Shown here piece after piece: positions 30,186 through 57,729 of a stretch of 64,000 nt of DNA. The translations under genes were made by a program, and so were the position numbers. The stretch lies in NCBI RefSeq assembly GCF_009914755.1, contig NC_060929.1. The stretch is one strand, 5' to 3'. The notes beneath the pieces are model-generated. The model was not told the DNA's origin and did no database searches. It worked only from the letters and a program-made list of their open reading frames with translations. Every line of letters starts with the position of its first letter. Position 1 is the first letter of the stretch. The stretch comes from the human T2T-CHM13v2.0 reference genome, Homo sapiens.

Positions 30186-32033
30186 ATCCCTATAAGGCAA
30201 ATGTTACTTTCTAATCAATACATTTTTCCTTGCAAAATGAAAACTTTAAAAAAAAATAGAGGAAGGCACTTTGTAAAATGTGCACAAATCTGTTTCTTTC
30301 TTGTCTACTCTAAGGAGATAGGGAAGTTGCTAAAGGCAGGGCCAAGTCTTTCTGCAAATGATGGGCAGTGGTGGACACTTGAGGAAAGAGAAAGCCAGAG
30401 TTTCCCCAGAGCTAAACTGCAACTTGGAATGCAGGGACCTCTGGTTGCTCAATAACTCATAGGCTTTTCACATTCAGCTGGGTCATCACAAGACACAGAG
30501 CAAAACTGCCCAGATCTTGTACAGGCAGTAAAGGATTGACCCCTTCAGACCAAGCCAGTTAAAGTGAGTCTTTTGTACTTAAGTGACTACCAGGATTGGT
30601 CTTAGGCACTTAGGAAAATGTAGAGTCTGTTATATAGCTAATAAATGTAGGATCTGTTAAATATCTGACACAGCTGATATAACTTGTGCTTATACACATC
30701 TGTTAGAATGAATTGGAACATCTTGCTGTTCAGGTTGTAAGCTACACAAATCACCCGTTGCCTAGATTCAGTTTCCATGCGCCTTAAAACTTGAATATTT
30801 AGGTATTTGTTTATAAAAATACAACTTATTATAACTCAGAGTGTAAGGATACATGAGCCAACTGTGCAATGGTTGTTAACAATCTAGGATGGTGCAAGGA
30901 AAAAAATTAACAGCCAAATATAAGAAAAGAGATTTGGGGCTGTTGGATTCAGCAAGGAATGAGCATGGCTTGATTCAGTAAAAGATCATTTTTCTAAAGA
31001 TTAGTGCCTCATTCAATATGTCTCTTCTCAATCTCCTGCCTCTTTTTTTAAATGCCTCTTTCTACACATATATTTGCACATAATCTTAGAATATGATTCT
31101 GTACACATTTCACTTATAAAATACTTGTGCAATATATTAAGACCAACTGGAATGGACGGTTTAAAAAGCAAAGTATAAAGAGCACATCACTGAAGATTAC
31201 TTTGTATTTCTATGATGAAGAGCAATTTTTTGTTAGATTAGGATAGAAGGCATTGGTTGGGATTATCTTTGCAGAAAAATATTCAGTGAGTCATGGAATC
31301 AAGGAGTCAGTTTCAAAGGACCTTAGAGGTTATCTGGTCCAACATCTTCAGAGGAAACTGAGGCTTAGAGGGGGGAATTAATCTCTCCAAGGCAAAGCAG
31401 TTAGGACCAGAATCTAGGTCTCTTCACCGCCCCCCTGCCCCACATGTATCCTTCCATTTGAACAGCTGTCTCCTTGATAGACCACAAAAAAACTTTTTGT
31501 TAGACCACAAAAAAGCTTAATTCAGATAAACAGTGCTAATTGATCATAGAATTAAAGTCTTGGCCTAATGAGTGGCTAATTGTTTTTTAGGGATTTAATT
31601 CAAGTCCTTAGCTGTCACATTTTTCATACGTATTATACAAAATTATATGTCAAAAGCAGATTACTTTTATGTTTAGGTTTTCAGACTATAAGAGTGACTG
31701 ATACATATCTTCTCTATTCTTAGAGAATAGACTATGTTAGGAAAGATTTAGTCTGCATTGGCTTTGAGGGTGACTGTCTTTGGTTAATGTCTCTCAAGGT
31801 AGATTATATTCCTTGGCCTTTCAGAAGTTGTGCGTAGTTTTGCAGGTCATTCTTTTATGTGAATTCATATAAGATTCAGCATAATGTGAATCTTAAACTA
31901 CTGATATGTTTCTTTTTTTGCCTGCTTACATGCAGTGTTGTTCATTGCAAGTCAAACAGACTTGATCTGTCCTTTCCAAAAGAGGATTGTTACTATGAAC
32001 TAAAATAACCTTTAGTGGAAATGGTTGTCTAGA

Positions 32034-32185
32034 ACAATGCTTCTCAAACTTCAGTGTGCAATCGAATCATTTGGGGATCTTAGTAAAATGCAGATTCTGA
32101 TGCTTAAGATTCTGCAAATGGAATTTTCAAACACTGCCCAGGTGATGCCTATGCAGTTGGTTCTCAGACAGTTAAAGTATCGAGG
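32034..32185. mobile_element. MER5-type hAT-Charlie element in the 3' UTR
   Basis: caatgcttctcaaactt...gatcttagtaaaatgcagattctgat. Confidence 0.7.
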
Positions 32186-34136
32186 ATTTAGGGGACTGAA
32201 TGAGCTTGGACAACTTTCCCACACGCTTCCCTTACTCACATGATATTGTTTATATATTAGAAAAATGGAGCTTCGTATCTATTGCTTTTGCCATTCTCAA
32301 AACATTGGCAATGTGTTCACTTTCAAACAGGAGGGGGACCTCTGAGTCCAGTTGCTATCAATATGGGATAGTTGGGGTGGAATATTTAACTCCCAGAGGT
32401 GAGCTCAAGTTCTCTATGTCCAGCTAGTAAATGGACATATAGAATGGATTTACCATCAAGTGAAGGGAAAAATAGAGAGGGGCTGCTAGATGAGTCATGG
32501 ATGCGCCCTTTAAAATGAGGATCCAAGCTTTGACTTCTTTCAGGAAGCCTGGCACTGGAATTGACCGGGAGATTCTCATTACCTTACTCTGACCTTTGGA
32601 GCTATTCCCATTGCTCTGGGAAGCAAATACCTAGTTTCCCAGAACTTTTATTTGGACACTTCTGATATGAGCCATTTCTGCCTCTGCCAAGATTTTGCAA
32701 TTGAATTTACTTCAGAGAGACACTAACTCCTGGCTTTGCTTAAAATTTTTTTGTGGCCCAAGATTTCTCACAAAAGCAAAACCTCTCTCTTTTAAACAGC
32801 TGTTAGAAATCGTCGCCCTCCCTTTTTATGGTAGCTTTAGGAAGATTCACCCATTGATGAACAGGAGTCCCAGAGGAGCCTGAAACTCAAAGGAGAAATA
32901 ATTTCTGGTCTGTGGAGAATCCTAAATCCCTAGGTTGGTGGTGGTGGTAGCAGTTGTTTAAAGTGTCCTGGAGATCAAAAGAATCAGATAAACTATACTA
33001 TATTGCGTTGAAAACTGAATTTTGTCATTCACTTCATATTTCACAGTGGGCTTTGGGTTGGTATGGCATTTTACTCCACAAACGGGAACTTTATATACTA
33101 CTATGTACTGTAAATACACATTATAACCTTGCAGCAGAAAATACTGTACCCACTGAATACATAAACAGCTGTACTGGGAAGATAGAAAATAGTCTTTTAT
33201 TTTACCTAAGTCATAGAAAAATAGTCTTCAAAAATACAGTTAAACTTATGGGTTTATATTAAAGTAGAATTTGTATGTACAGTAAGGCAGTAATTCCATT
33301 AGCATCCTGCTGTGGTTTTCTTTTCAAGTTAGTCTTTAGGGAATTTTTTTTTAACTAAGGAAAGACTAAGGTGTATAATAAATTATCTATCATGCTGAAA
33401 TGAAGCAGGAAAACATCCTAAAGGGATTCACATGAAATTCATTTGCCCCTTGTGTAAGAAAATTTTTATTTCCAAACTATATTTTATAGAAGCTTTAGAG
33501 TAGAATTTAGGGGGAAAATCCATGCTTAACATATCTAAACTATTTTAAGAAAAAATTGGAGGCATTATTTCTTACTTGCATATCAGCAATGTGTCAGTAA
33601 GGTATAGGAACTTATGTAAACAATTTGTTCTGGAATGCATTCTTTCTTTAAATGGTTATATTTGGGTAATCCTAATAAAATGGATGAGGAGTGTAAAGGT
33701 TATGCAGTTGTTTTTCAAAAGCAATTTTCATGGCATTTTCCTATGTGGAAAATTTTCTTTTGTCATCTTTCTATGGTAAACAATTTTGACAATTTCATTT
33801 CCGTCTGTCCCATGCCAAATCATGAAAGCCTTTTCCAGAGGATATACCTATTGGCATTGTCCCTCAAGAATACTAAGCAGTGTGCTTTTATTTCATTGAA
33901 CACATAGTTTTATAACTAACAGCAAAAAGTAAATCTACAAATCACAGTTAGGAAACATAATGATTTGTTCTGGAATCAGCTGCTGGAGAAAGAGGCAAGT
34001 GGTTAAAAATGGAGCATGAAAGGAGCTGGGAGCTTTAGTAGTGTCAGTCTGACTACATTCTTGAGCATTTCACGTACTCTGTAGTGTTACCTGAAGAAAA
34101 ATCACATTTTAACCAATCATTCCATTAGTCAAGCTA

Positions 34137-35150
34137 TCAGTGAAAGGAGTGTGTAAAACATGCGGGATCCAGGTAATCCAAACCACCCAGCTGGAGCCTG
34201 CACTTGCTTGATGTTGCAGTGAAGTTGGCCAGGGCTTTCTCAGCTTGATTCTGTTCAAGTGATGGTGGGGCCTCTTTGGCTGATTCTTCAAAGCAAGCCA
34301 CGTTTTTAGCATGTGGATCTGGCACCAACACCAGGATGTTGTTATCCATGACCCCGGACACCTTGGCATACTCCTTATTGTTCTCAGGAGTCCCGGGCTT
34401 CTTGGGCTTGCCGCTGTTCTCTCTCTGTTTTGGTAGCAATGATAATGCACCATCTTTGTTGACCTTGTGAATCTCCACATAATCCAAGGGTTTAGCGGAG
34501 CCAAAGGGGGTTTTCTCCTGGGGCAGCAGCCAGGGCGTATCCTGGTCAGTCTCAGAATGGAAGCTTTCTACCTCCCTCTGCTGGGTTGCCTTTCCCTCTT
34601 CTCTAGACTTAATGGTTTGAGAGGATTTTAAAGCATCTTTACCTGCTTCATTCAACAGAGTGGCCGGTGCACCTGCAGGGCCCACAGCCAGCTCACACAC
34701 ATCAGTAATATTGTGGTAAGAGGATCTGGGGTTGTGCTGGCTGGGCTGTGGTAAGGGCCATGTTGAACATTTGGATCCACCAGCATGAAAATAGGGGATT
34801 TTGCCTTCCATGCTTATGCACTGGGGGTCCCAGGTGTGGGTTGTTTCAGGATTCTCTGGCTTCTCAATGACCTCAGGATCATAGAATGTGGAGGGATTGG
34901 CCTGGGGTTCCTCACACTTTTCAGACAAAAGGGAAGGGCTGTCACAGCTCCCCCGGCCTGAGTCAGTGTCAGGATCCAGGTATGTGGGTTTCATACCTTG
35001 ACTTGGGTGTTCTTTTGAATGGACTGACATTAGATGCTGGTCCTCACTATCATCTACTTCTAAATACTCCACCAGCAAGTCCTCATAGTCAGAAGTGGGA
35101 GGAAAGTCTTGGCATCCCAAGGCACTCAGTAGTTCTTCAGACTTGCCCTT
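34137..35150 (-). CDS. PRLR: PRLR exon 10 coding part (1014 nt), intracellular domain
   Basis: ORF 34137..35120 extended to the aatag acceptor; Box2 [14 protein letters not shown] phosphodegron, C-terminal YLDP; total CDS 1869 nt = 622 aa + stop. Confidence 0.99.
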
Positions 35151-35550
35151 CTATTAAAACACAGACACAAGAAGAGATGGCTGTTAGCTTCATAACATTC
35201 CAAATCAGCATCCCTGCTAAGTGGTGCTGTTCATTGCCACAAGCAGGTGGGAAGATCTCAAACTTCAGACATTTGTGTGCCAGGCCATCTAGAATCACCT
35301 TCTGGATACTATTCAGCAGATTTTTTTTTTTAAAGTCAACTCAGGATATTTAACGTAGTCTCTCTCCAAGCAATAATAATCATGAGTTTAATGGGCAAGT
35401 AGTATATACACATACAATAATAAACAGATAACTATAAAATGAAGGTTTGTGAAACTTCTAAACCCACAGTGCTTATGCATGCATCTGACACTGCGGCCCA
35501 CTGGCAGAGGTGTGGTTGCTGGCCTGCTAACTTCCTCTATCACTTTCTAG

Positions 35551-36121
<571 letters not shown>

Positions 36122-37223
36122 TCTTTTTTCTTATCCTCTGACTTGGGTCAGGTACTGACCTAGGTCTTGGCTTTATCACTTATTATAGGGTATGTGACTT
36201 TGGACAAGCTGCTCTCTGAACTTCAGCTTCTCCATTTTTAAAAGGTAGAAAATAATATTAATACTACCCATCTGGGAGGGTTCTTTTGAGGATTAGAGGT
36301 AATATCATTAAGAATACTAACACATATTTTTGAGACAAAAGTAGCTATTTTATCGTTAAGTCTCTGTGGCTAGCAGGTTAAATTGTGAGCTGGACAGTAA
36401 CTAGTTTAGTTTGCTGAGACATTCATGCTGGTTCTATTAGGCCAATGCTACACTGGATAGTGGAGGAAGAGCACTGGGTCAGGAGCTGGGACTCCTGGGC
36501 TCTAGTCCCTGCTTCGATATTTGCAACCAAAGTGAACACAGACAAGCCAGATTATCCAGGACTCAATTCTTCTATTCTTACACTGTCAGACCCAGAGCAG
36601 CTGGGTCAAGTATTTGCCTTAATGTACAGCTAGTTGCTTTTATATATGTCAGTGTTAAGCTTAAAAGCCAAACTGAAACTATTTATTTCAATTTGGAGAA
36701 AAATTTAAAACTGTTCTAACCTCTCTTTTCATTCAAAACACTCATTATTTAATTCCCTCTTGAATCAGCCCAAATGGGTCCTGGCAAACAGATGGCCCCA
36801 CAGTACTGATCTGGTCTCAGCTGAGTGCCCAAAGTGAGAGATAATGGCAATGGGATATTCTGTTACTATGGCTTTATGTAAAGAACATTCAAGTAGAAGC
36901 TTTTACCAATGTATGATTGAGGGGGTGGTGGTGGGTCCGTGTTTTGCATTAATCAAAATATTCACTCTCTTTCTAAATTGATTATTTGTATAAAATGTTT
37001 ATCTCTATGCTTATGAGTAGATCTGATAAATCAATAAATGTGTTTCCATGTTTTCTTGGCTTTCTCTCCTTGCCCTCTGACATTTAGTGTGTGAAAGTAA
37101 GTACCCTCATCCTTCACACAACTTTCTGTTAACACACATGCTGACCAGGAGAGACAGTCCAAAAAGGCTGGCTGAAACTACCAGGCTGAACTGATGGGGA
37201 CTGTCTGTGAGTGTGTAGAGTTA

Positions 37224-37406
<183 letters not shown>

Positions 37407-37750
37407 TTAGTATAATAGCCACTATAGGGACTGTGATAGAGATAGGACTTGGTTTGGCAGCTCCATGAAACAATCAATGATGAAAATAAAATTACAGAGG
37501 CCTATATTAAAATTAACTTTAGCTAATTAAGGAGGCTGATTTTGAAGTTAGTGGATTATCTGGACTATTTGCTTCTCTTGATTTTAGCTACTCTTGCCAG
37601 ATTTTTACTGTTTCACAACTAGGAATCTCTGTTTCATAGAAAGAACATCAGCCTGAAACGAGTCAATTTTTCTACTTTTTATAGCACTGATAAAAGATTT
37701 TTTTTATGGGCAAACACACTACATCTAATGGCTAAAATGAGGATTATCTA

Positions 37751-38014
<264 letters not shown>

Positions 38015-39139
38015 TTAAACCCAAGAGTGTTTTCCTCCATTCATATATTTTTTTGATTTGAACAGCAATCCAAAGTATCATCAATGACAGGGCTATTCTC
38101 TTTTAAATATTATTAATATGTTAATATGTTGCGTATATTTTATAGTACTCTAAAAATTTAAAAATCCTTTCATTATTCTTTTTAATTGATCCTTAAAGAG
38201 GAAATCCAAGGTCACATGGTCGTTTGCAGTAATAATAATAAAAGCTAACATTAAGTTCTTACTAAAAGCCATCAATGGTGTTAAACTCTTTGCCTACATT
38301 GCTTTGTTATAAAAGATAAGAAAACTGGGAATCAAAGAAAGATTTACCAATGGCCACATAACTATAGTGTTGCAGGCTGGGATTTGAACTCAGGCTTTCT
38401 GCCTCTAGACCCTGTGCTTTTGTTAAGCAAGAGTCAGGAGTGGACTAGATGCCTGCCTGATTTGCAGTTCAGTGCCCTTTCCAGCATGCCAAGCCAATGA
38501 AAGCCCGATACTTTGGTCAGGCAAGTTGTTAGAAAAGCTAGACTTTCCTGTGTGGTTTTGGAAAAGACTCCTAACTTTGCTGAGGTTTGGTTTCTTCACT
38601 TTTAATTTTTAATGATAATCATATTCTCTGAATACCTGGGAGGGTTGGGAGGACCAAATAAGGTACAGGCTTTGTAAGCTGTAAAGCATTTTAAAAATGC
38701 AAGATGGATTGTTCCCTTATAGAACACAAGCTACTGAATTAAGGTGCTTTGCTGGAGCTGTCTATCTTATATCCTGTGTCTTCACTAAGAGACAAGGTGC
38801 CAAGTGTAATCCATGGCAGAGACTGAGCCTTTGAGACACGGTACTGCCTTATAAATTCTGGAAGAACTAGAGGATGACCTTGACCAAATCCTCTAAATGA
38901 TGGGAATAGGGAAGATGGTGGGAGCATAATAACTGCTCATCAAGCCCCTTGGGGCATCAGACCCATGTCTGTAGCCTTATCCTAAAATTGTTCTCCATTG
39001 ACAGTAATCCAGGGAGCAATGCTGCTTTTCAAAATGTCTTCGTATTGGGCAGAAAGATTATAAACCCACCTCTATTGTTCTGGCTAAGGCTCAAAATGGT
39101 TTCTCTATTAGTAGTTATTATATGCAAATATACCATTTA

Positions 39140-39325
<186 letters not shown>

Positions 39326-39621
39326 CTAAGGTAGAATAAGGAAAACAGAAGTCAATTCTAACATTTGTTGTGAAGAAAGAGAGTTTTCCCCTAAAAAATA
39401 AACTAAGTTAGGCTGAACAATCATATACAGAGAATTCCCTGCTGTCACTACTCCACTGTCTTAGCCCTATCTTTTCCTTCTCTTAAAATTGCTCACACAA
39501 AAATTTAGCAGGTTTTCTATCTCTCCATTTGGGACTCTACTTCAGAAAAGTCAAATATTCTGCCTCCTTCCCACTTTATGAAAAACAACTACTTAATAAA
39601 TGTAGAAAGAATAACAAAATT

Positions 39622-39922
39622 GGCCAGGCATGGTGCCTCATGCCTGTAATCCCAGCACTTTGGGAGGCCGAAGCAGGCGTATCACCTGAGGTTGGGAGTT
39701 CGAGATCAGCCTGACCAACATGGAGAAACCCTGTCTCTACTAAAAATACAAAATTAGCCAGGCATGGTGGCACATGCCTGTAATCCCAGCTACTTGGGAA
39801 GGTGAGGAAGGAGAATCGCTTGAACCTGGGAGGCGGATGTTTCAGTGAGCCGAGATCGTGCCATTGCACTCCAGCTGAGTGACAAAGCGAAACTCCGTCT
39901 CAAAAAAAAAAAAAAAAAAAAA
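39622..39922 (+). mobile_element. AluS (Sp-like)
   Basis: Target-site duplication aagaataacaaaatt. Confidence 0.94.
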
Positions 39923-40639
39923 GAATAACAAAATTAAAGAATTGTTAGCCTTTAAACCCTAATGAAATAACTGATTCAATAATAAATTGGTGTTAAAAAC
40001 ATGAGGTGAAAGAGAATTGGGCATTCATGTATGGTAAAGTAGTAGTATACAAATTAAACATGACCTTACAATCAAGGGATCAGTTTGTCATCTCCTCAAT
40101 TCAGGGGCCAGTTTTAGCATCACTTATGGTGGGTCAACCAGATGGTTTTTGACATCTGATTAAATACAATATAGAGTACATAATATCACCTCTGAATTTA
40201 CCAATTCTTGGTAAAAATTGTTCAACCTACATCTAATCAAGTCTGGTTACAGGAAATGGAGGCGTAGAGAAATTAGCTAAATAACCCCACAAAGAACTGA
40301 TCAGAGAAAGGTACAAGGTGGGATACTCTATGGGACAAGTGGCCCAGTCTCCTCATTACACTGAAACTGAAGGGATATAACGACCAGTTACAATGTGTGG
40401 TCTACGAGCAGATTCTGGTTTGGACAAAGTAGCTGTTAAAGATATTCGGAAACATTGGGAGGAATTAAACTAGGGACTGGGTATTAAACGATATTAAGGA
40501 ATTTTAATTTTCCTATGTGTGATCCTATTATTTTGGCTATGTTTGGAAATGTGCCTTTTTAAAAGAGGCATATACTAAAGTATGTAAAGATGGAATATTG
40601 TACCACCTGCAATTTAATATTATTTCTTTAGGTCAAAGT

Positions 40640-41369
<730 letters not shown>

Positions 41370-41616
41370 TAGATCTAAAATGTACTAAGGGAGGCAGGTT
41401 GGAAACCTGGTCAAGTGTCTGAGCAGTACAAGAAACTAGCCCGAGGAGAGCTGTGAAGATGAGCCCCCATCAATCCCAATAGAGGGGAAAAGGGCTTTTC
41501 ACATCTGGGTGGGTCACAACTGCATTGGAGGCCAACACAGTGACCCAGTAATTAGGAGGAATGACCTGTTTTCAGTTGTGGGGGCTTTATCCTTGCCAAA
41601 GGCCATAGTTCCTTCA

Positions 41617-41904
<288 letters not shown>

Positions 41905-42819
41905 TCACTCTTCCCACTGACTATAAGCCCCCCAAATACCCGGGCCTTTTGTCTTCTACCTCTTAGTATGTGACCAATCATATTTGTGCATACAGATGAG
42001 GTTTACATGGTAAGAATAATAAGCAGCTGGTATTTCATTCTCCGCATGTTCTCGCTTTTCATCAGTTAGAATCTCATAGCTATCCCCATAATTTTCATGA
42101 TGACAGAGACCAGGTGATAAAAACTGGGCTGGGATTTGCAAGTGGGAGTTGGCATGGAAGACTATAGGGAAAGAGATTTCAAACAGCTTATTTCCCTCAG
42201 CTGGGCGTGAGATTCTCCTTAGTTACACACAGTTTTTTGTAAATGAACTATTCATAATCATAACTCTGCAGATAACAGGTTTACAGATTCCATCTTCGTT
42301 TCAGCAATTACATCTTATATTCAACATACATATTACACCCTGTGGTAAATGAGATCCACTCTCCCATAAGCTAAATGGAGGTTGAGCTTTTTGGCAATGA
42401 TCCTTTTGGTGATTTCATAACAGCCTGTTGGCCCAGTCACTCATTCAACAAATGCTTAGCGAATTCCCATTAGCAAAATGACAGCTAATGTTTCTCGAGT
42501 ATTTACTACATGCCAGGGACTGTATAAAATACTATCTCTGCATCGTTTCTTATAATCCTCCAGCAACTCCATGAAGTACTATTATTGTACCCATTCATTT
42601 TACAGAGGAGGAAACAGGCTTAGAAGAGGGAAATTACTCGCCTAAGGTCACATATTTGGTAAAAGTGTTATTTGAACCCATAACTATGTGACTTAGAGGA
42701 AGTGGTCTCTACTATTTCACTCTACCATGGTTGTAAGACATTGCGTTTGATGTCAGGTGCTGGAGAGCAGGCCTGGGATTAGGCTGACGTGAGTGAAGTG
42801 CATAGGATACAAAATTCAA

Positions 42820-43835
<1,016 letters not shown>

Positions 43836-44129
43836 CAAATGAAGTGGCTTCCTGCTGGCAAGAATTAAAAAAAAAATGAAGGAGGCATTTACTTCTGTAG
43901 GCTCCTGTAGGTACAGGCCTTGTGAGTACCTTCCTAAGACTTAGGTGCTGGGGTGCTGGCTTGCCTCATCCCAGTCTCAGTTCTGCTGTTCAGTGACATT
44001 TTCTCCATTCATTTATCACCTCCTTAAATCAATCTCTGTACCAGATGGGGAAAGAGTGACTGTAACTATAGTGTACTTGGCATTATGAGTTACATTTGCC
44101 TAAAAACCAACTTTTAAAAATTTGCCATC

Positions 44130-52163
<8,034 letters not shown>

Positions 52164-52180
52164 TTATATAAAATTTGTCA

Positions 52181-52871
<691 letters not shown>

Positions 52872-53503
52872 TACATTCTTTATTTTCTTGAACACCATGT
52901 TTGTCAAGAATTACATGGCACCACCTCATATTATCTTATGTTATAAAAGTAACATGATTACTTTGTAAATGTTTAGTAAAAAAAATTACCAATGATGTAT
53001 ATATATATATACACACACACTAATATATATATCGCATATATGCAACATATATATGTACACACACACATATATGAGTTTGGGGCAAAGCAATGGGAGCAAT
53101 TGCTGTGGGTGCAGAATCAGATGAACCCTTCTAAGAACTTCTTCTTCATGGAGCAGCTCTGTCTTCCATGAGGAGAAATAAAAGAAATCCCAGCTTGCCA
53201 AGGAAGAAGCGGACATCAATTGCAAGGGCAGGGCAAGAAAGAAGAGTTGGCAAGGGAAACATACATAGAACATTTGTGCTGAGTGCAAGAGGATGAGGGT
53301 CAAGGGAAAGCACAGGAACACAAGGATCCCAAGTGCCAGCCTTAGTGTCATGAATGACTTGATAAAAAATGATTTGAACTGTTCTGTTGACAAGCATATC
53401 GTGAGTTTTCTCATCTTTCTTTTTGGGGATCCATCCAAAACCCAAGAAGACTCAAACTGAGTGTGACTATTGGCTAATACATAGTGGAGTAAGAAATTCC
53501 TCA

Positions 53504-53710
<207 letters not shown>

Positions 53711-54891
53711 TTAGGAATGAATAAGAAAGTAATAAAGAGAGTCTAGTTTTTTTCTTCATAGATCAATACCACTGGCCTTTGGGTATCAGAAATTCCAAGC
53801 GCAAAACCCAGAGCTGACAAATGGTTCCTTAGGCTTCCATGTTCTGCCCATTTCAGCTGGGAGTGAGAGAGGGAAGAGCATGTTGGAAAGGTTATTTTAG
53901 GGCCTCAAGTATTCTTCTTCCATCAACCCTTCCTTTCTATAAGTGTTCTTGTGGGCTCGGGGACCTATATTCCCTGCTGATAAACACTCGAGCTTTCAAT
54001 GGCCCAGGCACCACCATACCCAGGTCATGCCCATTGGGTTGCCTCAGGAAATTGGAACTTTCACCTGTCCACACACAGAGGGGTCATGCACAATGCAGCA
54101 GCTATTTCACATACGTGTTGAATTACTTTTCATTTTTTAAAAAAGGGTTCAAGAGGACAAAAACTGATGTTGGTCCATTTCAGACTGCACCAAGTCAGCA
54201 ATAAAGTGAAGTGACGTTGAGAGGAGGTATTTCAAGCCCACGTGGCTCAGTAGGCTGCTCACATTTAGACTCAGGAACCTCAGCTCAAGATACACTGCAC
54301 AGGGGTGGAGGCTTGTTCAATTCTGGTTGCATCTGAGTTCCTGAAATCTGTTTACATGATGTCCCTTTGGATTTCAGCCGGGATGACAGTTTTGTGTACA
54401 ACAAAGTGCAGTCATTGGAAAGTGGGCCAGCTGTCTCTACCAGCAACTAAATATTTTCCTTTCTGAAGAAGAATGCAGCTCTCCCATGATTTTCAGGAGG
54501 GTCTCACTGTCAGTGTAACAAAATGCTTGCACAGAGATGATCTGGTTTAGCTCTCATTTCAACCTTAGGTCCCAATATGTCTTCTAGGAGATGGTGGCTC
54601 TTGGATGAGCAATGTGCTAAGGAAAAAACCTCACCTTCTTTTCCCTACAAGGTTCTTTATTTTCTTGAACATGAAACAAGTTTGAAAACCTAATATACCA
54701 CATTTGTCAAGGATTGTATGGTACCACTTCACACGATCCTACTTATTTTGCAAAAGTGACATGTTTAGTTAAAAAAAATACAAATGGCATAAGAATTATA
54801 GATGAGCATTTAAGATTAACTAGCAATTAAGAAACACTTCTATGGGGCCTCAGGCTGCAACCTAAGCTGTGAGAGGGGATTTGAAACATTA

Positions 54892-55563
<672 letters not shown>

Positions 55564-55840
55564 CCTCTGTGGGCTGCCCTGATGTTGGCATTGCTCTTAG
55601 AGAGCATTTTGCTGGTGTGTGTGTGTGTGTGTGTGTGTGTGTCTGTGTACTTTGAGATGGAGATAACAATAGCCTAGTGACCAACTGCAAAATTTCAACA
55701 AAGAATGAGCCTTGAATGCAAGATAGACACATATTGGTTGAAGAGTGTGTGGTGGCCCTTTTGTAATCCCACAAGGTCTGTAAAGCTGATACCCTCCCTC
55801 AGCCTAAGGGAACCATACAAAGAATCCTTCCCAGGTATGA

Positions 55841-56343
<503 letters not shown>

Positions 56344-56474
56344 ACTTTTCCTTGATTTTATTCAGCTTTGATCTTGTGACCCAGACTCACAGTCTGTCTC
56401 CTCATCCACCCCATCCCCATTTCTGAATCTTGGTTTTTAGTCCTTTTTTTTCTCTTAGATTTTCCTCTCTTTCC

Positions 56475-56515
<41 letters not shown>

Positions 56516-57729
56516 TGAGGTTGCAAAGGGCTTCCTTTGGATACGTAGGGCTTCAAGAGTGTGTGGCCCTTTTGTAATCCCATAGGGTCTATAAAACTAT
56601 AATTTGATGGATCTTTTTGGGGTAGGAGGTGTGGTAAGAGGTAGGAGAGTAGCCAGCTCCTCTCCTGGTTCTGAGCAGCCACTGTTATCTAAGAGCTGTA
56701 CCCAGTTCCAGACTGGATGCTAGAAGGTCTCAGTGAGGTGGTGTGAAAATATAATACCAAGAGTGTAAAATTTTTTAGTTGCCAAATCCCCAAAGCTCTT
56801 GGCAAGCGGGCTCCCATTTCTCTTGCTTGGATGTCAGGTTCAAAGAGGGACAGCAGAGCCCTGGGAATTTGCCCTGATACTGTGGGGCTGGGAAGCCACC
56901 ATGCTCGCCTACATGACTTCAGCTGATCCTCTTTTTTGTCTAGCTGGATGCCCTAGCATTGAGTTTAGGATATCAGGAGCAGAGAGGAGCGCTTTCAGAT
57001 ATGGGTCAGCACCTCCGGGGGTTCTCTCTGTTTTCTCCTCTACCCCTCATGCAGGCTCCAAGGCCAGAGTTTCTAGCTGAGCACCAGAGCAGAAACAGCA
57101 GGTTAGGAGGAGACCTCAGTGAGGAGAAATGCGTGGGAAGAGGATTCTCTAGGCAGAGCTGGCCAGAAAGAGGAATTTAGTGGAATGGCATGCTGTGGGA
57201 CACAGGCTGGAGCCCAGGACACCAGGCTAGTAGTGTCAGCTGAAACTCACCTACCCTCCTGCTCACAGGCCCTGCTAAAACCCGTCCTTGCCAGCCCGGG
57301 TCAGCTCTGCCAATATTTGTAACATTGCTCATCCTCTAGGAACAATTTATTCAGGATAATGTGTTGCTGGGAGTTACAGCAAGAATGCAAGTTTTTGTTT
57401 TGCTTTGCTTTTGTCATGAGTGGGGAGAAGTGTGTGAAGTAGAAAGAAAAGTTTATTTAAAAAGTTCAAAGCCTATGGTTCCATAATGAGCACACTCGGA
57501 AGCCAATTAGGGTGATCATTGATTTCTTGAGTATTTAGTTTCTCTTGTGGGTCATTCTGACCTCTGCTTTCCCCTTTTTCTCTCTCTGAAAGCTTCTCTT
57601 TCTTATTTTACTGTTTATTAATAGTACCTTCAGGAAGCTCAAGAGAGGAGGGTAGATTTGTAAAATTACAATTAGACAAATGTTTCCTTCATCTGCATTA
57701 GAGGAACAAGTTAACATTAATGGACTTTC

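Larger units (their letters stand above)
24745..34136 (-). other. PRLR: PRLR long-isoform 3' UTR (~9.4 kb)
   Basis: AT-rich, repeat-poor run from the stop codon to AATAAA at 24766-24771; the end coordinate is approximate. Confidence 0.75.
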
